From: Aplysia californica
Taxonomy: Eukaryota
DNA: 59,455 nucleotides
Direction: 5' to 3'
NCBI RefSeq assembly: GCF_000002075.1
Contig: NW_004797733.1
Span: 298,502-357,956, forward strand
In this document: positions 39,901 through 51,600 of the stretch, in pieces
Position numbering within the stretch: position 1 is the first letter of the stretch
How the letters are laid out: each line of letters begins with the position of its first letter
Made by a program: the position numbers and the translations under genes
The notes under the pieces: generated by a model
What the model was told of the DNA's origin: nothing
Database searches by the model: none
Seen by the model: only the letters and a program-made list of their open reading frames with translations

Positions 39901-42900
39901 TCGTAATAATAAAGACATTTGTAGGAATCTCAATAAATACTATAATCGTTATTCTTGTCAAAAAGGGTATGTTAAATAGGTCTGACTAAAAGAGACTGTT
40001 TTTTAAACCACAAAACTCTTGTTGACTTTTACATAAATATTCAAGATCAAAGTGTGTTGACCTTGATTGTCGATGGGTAAATTCACTGGGCCATCACACT
40101 TGTACCCCAAACCCTATTAAGCAGATCTGACAAGTTGAATAAATATGAATGCTATACAAAACAAGTGTGGGTAGTTGGATGGGTGCTCTGGTGTGGTTTG
40201 CTTCTTCTATCTTATCAAACATCTATCATCCTTATCTCTCCTCCTTCTATTTTTGTGTTTGTTACTCTCTTGAAACACCCCTAATCATCAGCACTCATAT
40301 TTATAAGTAATGAATAATAAATAGTATTGGATTAGCGCATATCCCCTCTAAACAGCAAGCTCTATGTGCTTTACACACTATATTATTACCCCAGCAGAAA
40401 CATTCTCAGATTTTCGGGAAACATACAATGCAAGCAGCAAATTAAGCGCTCAAACACTAACAAACTAACTGTGTTGCAAGTGCTGTAAAACTTTCACTAA
40501 AAAAGTTTTTTAAAAGCCAAAGCGCACGGTACCTGAGCCTCCAACTCTTCCTGTGTCCGGCGCTGAATGGCCAGCTCTGCCCGGGCCTGGTGCAGTGAGC
40601 TCTCACTCTCGTTGTGCTGGGCACTCAGCTGTAGGATCTGACCGTCCTTCTGCTCCAGCTCCTTCTCCAAACCCTCCACCTGATGTTTCTGTACAAAAGA
40701 AAGGAATCAGGCATTTAGTTTACTCCCTTCACTTTTCCAGCTCCAGCAGCCACTTGAGAATGTATCCTTTCATATGAATCCGTGAAATTAAATTTACAAG
40801 GAATATTCAATTATCAAATACAGATTTATAGCTATGTGCATATAATCCAGCTCTGATGAAAGGCTAATATAATTTCATAGTAACTCTTTTGGGCGGCCAG
40901 TTTCATTCTAATTAATGAACTCAGTCCTCCTCGGGACATACATAATATAGCCTGCTAGTCCCATAGACCTATCATTCATACATTCCTAGTTTGGTTGACG
41001 ACAGAGTACTGAGATTTCCATCTCATATACATACACAGTCCATTCTGTGACTGGAGGTCAAACAGTCTACCAAATATTCTTAAGTTACATAATCTCCCAT
41101 AATAATATCTTCAACACTGCTGTTGTTGTACTAACTTGAGTGAGACTAGAACCCAGGTCTTGTTCTCTGCTTTTTTTCTTCGCATTTCTCAGCTGACTCC
41201 TGGTCTCCTCCACCTCTGACTCCAACCTGTGCTTCTCAGACTGAAGAGTTCCACACTTGTCACTTTGAAGTCGAATTTCTTCTTTCAGTTCGGCAATCTG
41301 TCAACAAAGTAAAAATAAATTCCCCTAAAAGGCAAGAGCAAGGGGATATTTTTGCAAATAAATTATAAGCAAAACAAGAAAAAAATTGTTGTCCTCAGCA
41401 TCGCTTTTAAGCATTCTATCAAGATAAAGAATTTATCTTTTTCTAAGAATCTATTTACATGATAGCCAAATTTCCCTGAGAAGATAATGAAAGTCAAATT
41501 CTATTTATTTCTTCTTTACCTATCTGATGTGATACATATTTATTCTGTGATAGGTTGTAACTCCTGAATTTACAACAAGGCATGGAAAGTCTTAACTCTT
41601 TATCTCCAGCAAGCCACTGACAGGAGCTCGCGGTCGGAACAGATGTGACGGTGAGCCGCTTTTTTCAGGCACATTCCTTGACGACGACTTTGACATCAAA
41701 TTACTTTTCGGCTATTGCCGAAAATGGGTCTCTTTTATCAGGATTTCATTCGTAAGATGAAGAACTATCAAAATAGGTTCACTTGTTTTGATTTAATGAC
41801 CAATTTAGTAACGCTTTCGTCATTTTTAGATTTAGCACCAAAAAAAGGCCCTGACACATTGGGTTTACCCCATTCGGAGAAAAAGAGTTAATGTGTTCTG
41901 TACCTCCGTGGTGAGAGCCTGCAGTCTGTGTGCCTGGATCTGCTCCTGCCCTGGGTCTGACGCTGGTCCTAAGTGAGCAGCCTGCAACTCAGCTCGGAGT
42001 TCCCTCAGCTCCTTGTCCCGAGCCGACAGCTGGGAGCGCAGAGTGACCATCTCCGTCTCAGCCACTTTATTTTTGCGGGTCAACTGACCCACACGAGCTT
42101 CCAGGCCTGAAACCTCCTCCTGTAGAGCTTCCACTTGGCCTACAGGTGATTGAGAAAGGTGAGGGGGTGGAAGAGAAGAGGGAAGTTGGGAGTAAAGGAA
42201 AGAGAGAGTCTGGGAGAGCAGTATGTGTCCCAAATTGATGGAATGTACACCAAACATAGAGTCTGTTGACTGAACATCATTCACAAACCTGTGCTCATTT
42301 TGAGCACATAACAGCATCTCTGCATTTTTGTTATCTCTTTAAGGAAAATGGACAATTCAACAAAAATTATTTCTTATTCCCAATATTCACTACAAAGTTA
42401 TATGAACTGGTCAAGCAAAGAAGGAGGAGCAAATTGTATGGATTGAGTCAAAACAAAAGTTTGAGCATGAGTTAAAATTATACTTAGATCAGACTACACA
42501 TAGCTAACAATACACACTGGAAACTCGTGTGCATAAAAACACCAAAACTTGTAAAAACCGCCTCAACCAACATCTCTGGAAAATGTTGAATTAGTGGAAG
42601 ATATGTAGATGCTGTCTTATTATTGTACCTCAGAAGACTTTAAAATTGACTTTGTTATTAATGTCTTTACAGTCTTTACCTGTGGAAGCAGCACCAGGCC
42701 TGACCTCCATATGTCCAGAAGTGGTTGCCAGCCCCTCCCTTAGAGTCTCATTCTCAGCTCTCAGAGCATCCATCAGGTCATTTAAAGTCTGGAGTCGAGC
42801 AAAAGCGTCATGCCTCTCCTTCACCAGTTCTGTCAATTGCCTGTTAAGTGAATTCTGACCTCAGTAAATCCACACCACCACAACAAAGATCCAACAACAT

Positions 42901-45581
42901 AACAACTCACACAACAATGCTAATCAAAAGTTCCAAACACATTCTTTATAATTCTAGCCGGCTCAAGTTACAAGAACATCAATTTCACTAGACACATGTT
43001 TAAAGGACAGTCAGAAGATTTTAGGTCAACATTCAGTCTTCTTTTCCTGTTTGGTATTAAAGACAAGTTTAATGTTGGGCTTTCTGTTTTTGCTGTTTTC
43101 AGTCACAGGCTCTTTGTAAATATTGCTCAAAAACAATCAATAAAATAAGCCACTCACTGTTTGTATGTCTGCTCCGCTGTGATCCTCTCAGCACTGACAT
43201 CCTCAATTCTTTCCTCAGTCTGAAGCATCTTTGCCTCGTACTCTTCCTTCATTGCAAGAGCACTCTACACACGTAGGGTAAGGGAAGAGAAGGAAAAGGA
43301 AAAGTTAATATTTCAGAAACACCTACCATTTAAAAACAAGTAAAAGCACTAAGCTACCTAAAAGTTCAGAGGAGGTGAAGTAACAGTATGGGCACTGAAG
43401 GAAAAGTAGAAACAACAACAGCCTCTGGACAACAGACAAAGTATAGATATCTATAACATTTGTAAGTACATACAGGATAAGCTTCATTTATAGGAAGCAG
43501 CTACAGATATGCATGAACAATAGCTTTTCGTGCATGTTTTATCTCAGCCTGAAGGTGAATCAGTTTAGCTTGTCTGATATGATAAACTTATAATGGCTAA
43601 GCTGTTCAGTCTATTAAAGAAAAATCTCAAACTTTCATTCAGGGCCAAGCAGCAACAAAAGTCGCTCCTGTGACATCTAAGTACAGCAGGACAATTAAAA
43701 TGTGAATTATTGCTGATACATAAATAAAAACTTGCAAACTATTTTCAATATATCAACTCATAATATTAAGAGAAATGAAAAAATCACAAATTCAGCAACC
43801 ATCTCATCTTTTCCATTTGTAAGAGATAATTTCATCCCTAATCCTTATCCCTGACTGATGACTGTATACGAGGCTGAAGACCATTCTGCAGTCTAACTAC
43901 AGGCTCAGTAAGGAGACAGTAGAGGGTAGGATGGTACTTCTGGTTTCATGGGGGGTGGGGGAGGAGTTACTACAAAGTCCACACAAAAATCCTTAACAAT
44001 TCAGAGAAATAACAAAAATGTAACACCTCAACAATTCTACGAAAGGAACTTCAATTAAAAATTATCAGATAACATCGCTCATTCATTTCAGAGACTCACT
44101 CAAAGCCATGTATTTCAACTGCAGACAAATAACTTTGAGAAAAGAAGGACATCTCATCAAAATTCCATTCCAAAAAAGCTTCCAAACCCAATGTCCATGT
44201 GACCAGCAGATAATAGTTCACTGGCCAAGGATGAAAATTTATATTACAAAGATTATTCCTAGAAGCAGCCCCCATGTGATTTTTCATCATACTTTTGTTA
44301 AATGTTAGGGACGAAGATCACGAATTATTTCCAAATTTTTGGTCACTCTATGCGAGGAGTTGGGAATGAGGGTTGTGTCCTGCCCCCCCAGGACAGCCTG
44401 GCGGGGATCTAGAGTAAGCACCAAACAAACTTAACACTAAGACTAATATGCTCATTATTTCTAACATCAGAACATCATCATCGCCACCATAAATAATCAT
44501 CATCATGATCACCATCACACTTACCATTACCATTACTGTCAACTTCACCATCATCATCACCATCATCATCATCATCATCATCATCACCGACTTAACAATT
44601 CCCCTTTTCTTGTTTTTTTTTTTTTTAGAAAACATAGCAATTTGCATCATGTCAATACATTCTTACATAACCAACAAATATGGGCACCAAAATCAATACA
44701 CGGGACAAAAAAAAAAAATTCACTGGCCAAGGGTGAGCAAGCCATCTAGATCTCCACCAAGGAAGAGCAACAGGGCACACTACCTGTAGCCCTGAGGAGT
44801 CGTCCTCCCCCTCTGGGAGATCTAGCTCCTGCAGGTACAGCCTCCACTCCTTCAGCTGTTGCTGTAGATCCTGCCGCAGCTCCCACATGTACAGCAGGAG
44901 AGCGTCTTTGTTCTCACTGTCCCCCGACAGGCCGCTCTCGGTTTCAAGCTGCTGCAGGATCTGCTTGATGTCGTACGCCGGCTGTGAGTGAGCCAGTGAA
45001 ATACAGGGCATGCAACGTGAGTGAGACATGCAAAACAAACCAAACAGTGACAGGCTGAGAATACATTTGACAATCTTGTAATCTGAAATTCAGTGCCCTG
45101 CTCATGAGGATGATATTGTGCTAAGGTTACATTGATGGTGAAAAAGGTGTGTGTAGGCAACAAAAATAGTTTGGGTTCTGGAAACTTTACAAAAATAGAA
45201 AAAGAGATTAAAAAAGAAAAAAATGAAACAAGTTCACCTTACATATCAGCATGTTGAGAAACCAATGAGCGTTATTTCTAGTGAATGCAAGGTGAGCAAT
45301 TTGCTGGTAAAGCATGCACTAAAAAAGGCATATATCATAAATTAGACTCTAGAATAACTACATCAATATCTATTTATGTTAAGCCATGAATATGTTATAT
45401 TTGAGTACTGTGCCTTTACTTTTAGAAAGGAAAGAGAGGAATGTCTGTGAAAATTAACATTAAATGAGAGGGTGAGAAAATATATATTTTTATTCACCTA
45501 AGAAGTGATCATGAAATGAAAGCCAATAAAGCAAAACAAACAGAGTGAAGTAAATAAGGTTTGTGAGCATAACAGCATGAA

Positions 45582-45626
<45 letters not shown>

Positions 45627-48600
45627 CATGCACATATGTCAGTGCATCTTCTTAAAAATGCTTGTCAAATAAACTGTTCCTGATCGTGAATTTATTTCAT
45701 TATAATAAGTGTTTCATCAGAAACAGACTTTATAACAACCGAAAAAAAAAAATCCATTTCATCAACAGAGACAAACGAAGAAGAGACTCAGACACACAAA
45801 AAAAATGTAATTACACATCTGCTACAGACCAAAGTGAACTCCCAGAATAGAGTGATCAGTCTTGTATGACATAGCAAGTAACAAATTTTCCTGCACACAT
45901 TTCTATTCTTCACAAAAGCGCCAGTGAAACATGTCAAGAGTAAACAGAAAACAAATTGCAATACACTCGGTTAAATTGGTGACATGACACAGTGAAAGCG
46001 TGGAATATTATTTAACAATTCTTTTTGTGTAAATCTGAAACAATGCGAAGTGGAAAAAAAAAACACCTTATAAAAAACCAAAGTCGTAAAAGCCAACTAT
46101 ATAGTTAACCTCACCTTCTTGCCATCTTGCCGTTGTGTGGAATGTCGACTGTATGGAATGTCATAGTTCTTCTCATCTTCATCAGGCATCGCTAAACGAA
46201 GTTTGAGATTGTCTTCTCTGAATTCTTGTACTCTCAGCTCCTGACCTCTAGACTTTTCTCGTTCCCGTTTCAACTGTCTTTCCAACTCTTTCTCTTTTGT
46301 CTGTTTATAAAACAAATCAACAGCCATCACTGTATGATCTGAACAAAAACACCATTTATTTATTTTTTCAATTAAATAAATATCTGGGAACATAGCAGTT
46401 TAAATGCAATAATAGACACTCTTGAACAAAAACCCAAATCAACAAAGATTTCAACTATAGAATCCAGTTAGAAGTACAATTACAATCAAGAAATGGTTCT
46501 GTATGTTAGAACAAAAAGAATCTGACTGCATAAATACATGTCCCATCAAATAAACAAATTGATTGCCTATACGTATTTTCGAGTTCCTCTCATTACATTC
46601 AAAAGAGAAACATTGGCACAATATTTTAAAATCGGTGAAAAAAATAACCTTGTCATTCAACTATTTATATCAAAGTTGAATCAAACCAAAAACCCTAGCC
46701 AGGAGCACTAAGACAATGGCTACAACCACAAAACTCAAGACTGTCAGGGTCGACAGGAACTTATCCCTTTTCTCAACTACTAGACTGATGTGCTCCCTTG
46801 CTACGTTCATCTTTTTGCATGCTTTCAAGTCAGGAACAGTAGACAATGACAGGCAAACTTGAGATGAAGAGTCAGAGTATGGAAATGACATGTTGTCAAA
46901 GACTACTGGGCGTGACCAACAAAGATTGCATCAGTAATGCAAAACTTATGGAAAGAATTCAGTGAGATGGTGGGCCTGGGGCAGTACTTGCTGTTCACTG
47001 TCAAAGGACGCAACCTGTATTGGCTCGTGCAAGATTTCTTAGACTAGCAAAGATTGTACTGTAGGGCACAGTACGATCATAATGAGGCAGAGGAAAAAAT
47101 GGGAGGAAAAAAAGAGTTTCGACAGGTCTGAAAATATATGAGGCTCTGAACAAGTACAACTTTCAAAAGAAGCGGAATGAGATTAATGGAAAGTCATCCA
47201 TGGCACCCCAGTAATCAACAAGACTATGAGACTGATTACGAAGATGATCATAATCAAATTTAGCAAACCTGTAGCTTGGCGTTTTCAGTGAGCAGTTTCT
47301 CTTCAATTTGAGACAAATTCCCAGCACGGTCAGCCCGCTCCTGGGTCAGGCGCTCTTCTGTGAGCCGGAGTCGCATTTGGAGAGACGCAGCCTGCACATA
47401 GGATGAGGCAAAAGAATAGATAAATATAAAAAAAACAATTTCTGAACAAAATATGGAGCACAACCTGCAAATCTTTTCAAATGAAAAATTCATAACTTTA
47501 ATGTTATCAGTTATTCAATTCTCTGGAAGACAATAAAAACTCTCTGCGTGAAATCTGAATATTTTTTAACAGATCAGACCTATTGTTATGTTGAATGTGA
47601 AAGTGATCTGGAACAGGTGAAAAACAACAGTGCTTTAACACTTTGCCCCCACGGGAAAACGATCAGTGACGGTGTGATATAGCATGTACCGCACCTGTAT
47701 CCTGGTCCGTGGGGATAAGTGTTGCGCGCTCCATGCGCTGTGTGGGTGGATAGTGTTAATTGCATAAAATATTCAGCCTCCAAAAATATAAGCAGAACCC
47801 AGAGGAAATTTTAATCAATCACCTATGAAGTTAAAAGTACTTGTCAAAAGGAATTCCCTTATATCTTGGATGTTCCTACTAAATATTTCTCGAAAAAGCA
47901 GCTTGATATGCTTAAAAAAACATAGACTATACTTTTAAACTGTACACTATTGAATGCAATTAGCAAGAAAACACTAACACAATAAAATAAAGCAATGATC
48001 TTTCCTTAACTCTCTTCGGACGGTTCACACAACAGTTGCGTGACCCCCGCCGCGACGCTCGCGACGGCTCCCACGAGCCTTGCGTGACCAACTTTTGAAT
48101 TTTTTTTTCGCTCTACAAATCACGCACGGATCGCGGAACTCGCCTCGTACCCTTGTTTGGCCAAGCCTGAGCTACTTAGACTTCGTTTCGTATCTCTGGG
48201 TCCCATAGTTTTTAAGTTATTGAAGGTGAAGGACAGTGACCCCAACTGGGGTTGAACTGACCGAAACTCGCCCTTTGTTTCTTTCTATACAGCTGATAGT
48301 AATCCGACAGTCGCGTCATAGTAACGGTCGAAGAAGTCGCATGAACAAGAATCACATAATTTCACCGTTTTCGATACTTCTGTACGTTTTACTAGTTCTA
48401 GAGTTTCAGAATATGATGTGTCTGATAGTTAGGATCCTGGATATGTACCCAAACACGGCCCGAGTCGTAGTTTTAGGGCTAGATCTAGCACTAGTACTGG
48501 TGTTGCTGTTCGCGCAACGAAATCACAACGTCGTGCCGTACAACTGTCTCATGTAATTCAGTGCACGGGTCTGAATCAATGCACAGACTAGCTTTTATAC

Positions 48601-51600
48601 TTTCACCAAACACTCACACATGCATACAAATCAAAATACAACACTCTGAACTTTTATTTTTGCTGTTGTTGTGAATTTCATTCTATCTGTCATGTCTCTG
48701 GAAATTTTTCGGAAAATCAAATTCGTGCCAATTTTTAAAAAATCATATAAATTAAAGTATTAGACTTAGACAACTTTAGTTTGTTGTGTTAGATTAAGCT
48801 TGAATGTTACTTTACTGTGTCAAAAAATAATTACAATAGGGTAATTCTGAGAGTTGTGGTGATTTATTGAAATACTCTGAAAAACGCCAGTCTTCAACGC
48901 TTGTGACTGGTGAAAGGGCCCAGTAGTAAGTGAGTTAAGCTGTTTTTATCGTACCAGAATCTCTCGGAAACTTGCTGTTTATTGTTCCTTCAAATTTTCT
49001 GATGTTAGAAAAGAATTCTGCTCCTTAACCACAAAACAATGAATGTTAACCCTTTGAGCCCTTGCCACCAGTACACCGAAGGCACATAAAACTGTGCGTA
49101 TGCCTAGCCGCCACCCATAAAGCGGTGAGCGAGACCCAATCCCCAACCTGGCCCGCCCGAGACAAAAAGCATATGGAAAACGTTTACTGCACAAGTAAAT
49201 TGATTAATTTGAAGATCTTTCTGAATTAGAAGCTGGTAATGACAAGGACTACCCTGAGTGGGATATGAAATGTGATTCTGACGATCATATTATGAATGTT
49301 AGTAATATATCATACAGGAGCTGAGGCAGAGGGGAGCCTTGGGAGATCAGGGCTCAAAGGGTTAAGGATTACTGATTAAAACAACCAACGTCAATGCAGA
49401 TGTCCCACCTGTTTCTCTGCAGCAGTGCCACCAGTCCCCCCTTCCTCAACTTGCAGCTGAAGTACATCTCTTATCTCCATCAGCTGCTTGATTTGGCCAC
49501 TCATTTCTTTGGTGCGGGCACATTCTGCCTCCAATGCTTTTTCACTTTCTTCAAGGAGGTGCTTGAGGTGTGATATTTCCTCCTTAAATAAATATGTTAC
49601 GAGCTATTCAGAACAAGTCCTAAACACGATTAGCAGGACAACAAATGTGCTGAGATGTTGGGAAATCTCATCCTTACATCAAATTTTATTTACTGTCAGT
49701 GAAAAAATGAATTGATACACAAGCAAATACAACAAATTTCCCATAGCTTCTGTGTCAGTTTTCACAAATTATAAACATATTAATTATACTTGTGTGTAGA
49801 AATTCTAAAAGAGAAAAAAAAAAAGGAAAAGAAACATTGAATCAAATACTTTAAGAACTCTATCGATTTATGATATAACAGTCAAAATTATCTAAAACTG
49901 TACCCATTGATGAGAAGGAAAGTGACCATCTTAAGACAGGTGGATGTCTTACACACTATCATTATTATGTAAAAAAAAAAAACACTAGGGGGCGGGGGAG
50001 ATGTGAAGAGACTGTCTGTAAAGCAGGTTCGACGGGATCTAAACAAAAGCTATCAAACAGAGTAAAAATACTGGTCTTTACTGCTCAGAAATGAAAGATC
50101 ATCTCACTAATAATAATTTACCAGCAGCCACCACTGCTTGCTGAGTGATGGTGGAGGGAGTGAAGATGTAACCCTAATCATCATCATCAAAATATGTATC
50201 ATTATCATAAGAATNNNNNNNNNNNNNNNNNNNNNNNNNNNNNNNNNNNNNNNNNNNNNNNNNNNNNNNNNNNNNNNNNNNNNNNNNNNNNNNNNNNNNN
50301 NNNNNNNNNNNNNNNNNNNNNNNNNNNNNNNNNNNNNNNNNNNNNNNNNNNNNNNNNNNNNNNNNNNNNNNNNNNNNNNNNNNNACCATTATTACTATTA
50401 CTATTTGTGGTGTTATTATGTTTCATATGCAAACAGATTGAGTACCCTTCAAGCCAACTACAAAAATGTCATAAAAGTCTGCTTTCCAAAATTGGTATAC
50501 AGGACCTATGTTATAAGTTGAGATTCTTTCTAGATGCACGGCTGGATCCTGAGTTGGCCTAACTTCCACGGTTTACAAAGAGGCAAACAAGAGGTTGCTT
50601 ACTTGCTATCATTGTGGTCAAATACATGCAACAGTATTCAGAACTTGTACTCACTTTTAGAGCACTAGATTCCTGACTGTATGCTTCATGGATCTTAGTC
50701 TTATCAGTGTTTTCCTTTATAGTCTCGACCTCTTTTTTTGCACTGTTCAGTTGCTGTTCAAGATAGGTCATCTGCAAAAGCAAAAAGGTCGTAAAACTTT
50801 GAGCATTTCAAGGTAATTGAGGTGGAAATAGAAAGACTTCTGTATAACCATTAAAACAAAAGGCAGTATCTTCCCTTCACAATCTTTAAGTAAAAGAAGC
50901 TGCCGATACCTACAACATTATACAATATTTTAAAAAACAAGAAATCAAAACTGTAGACAAAGAGAGCAAAATAATGGGGGTTTTGCGATGAGCTCCAGTA
51001 AGAGACAACATTTCACAAAACTCGTTTACTCATATGGCCACAGAGCTGTAACAGTACCTAAAGAGATGCATTACTAAAAACTATAAAATGAACTATCACT
51101 GGACAAGATTAAAAGGAAGCTATTCCAACAAATTATCAAAGAAGCTGAAAAATAGAACATTTTAGGCAAACTGCACAATACCATACAAACAAAGTTAATT
51201 AGTTAAATTAATGCAACTCCTTGCTGAAAATCTGAAGCAGTAAAGGGAATTGCATCTCAGTATTTGCGTACCTGCGATTTTAATATTTCTCCTTCTTTGA
51301 TGGCTGAGTTTGCCTTAATCTGCTGCTGCTCTAGTTGTCGTTCAAAGTCACTGCGCACAGAGCGAGTCACTCGGCTTGTCTCTTGGTCAATTTTCCCTTG
51401 TAATTCTTCTAACTCATCTTTGTTTTCTTGCAAATTTGATTCCAACTCAGACACCCGAGCTGAAGGAGTAGGGGTACGGGAGACAAGCAAAAAATATTGT
51501 GACAATCAAAAATCAGTAAACAGTAAAAAAGAAAAAAAAAAAGTACTGAGCTAAGAGAATTTTAAGTGAAAATGCTTTAAAATGGACAGGTATTTGTAAT

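Noticed and set aside
44347-44408. GC-rich exon-like segment (SPPGCPGGAGHNPHSQLLA)
   Set aside because: 62 nt between AG and a weak GT does not fit the phase-0/0 junction between the flanking exons, which join directly.
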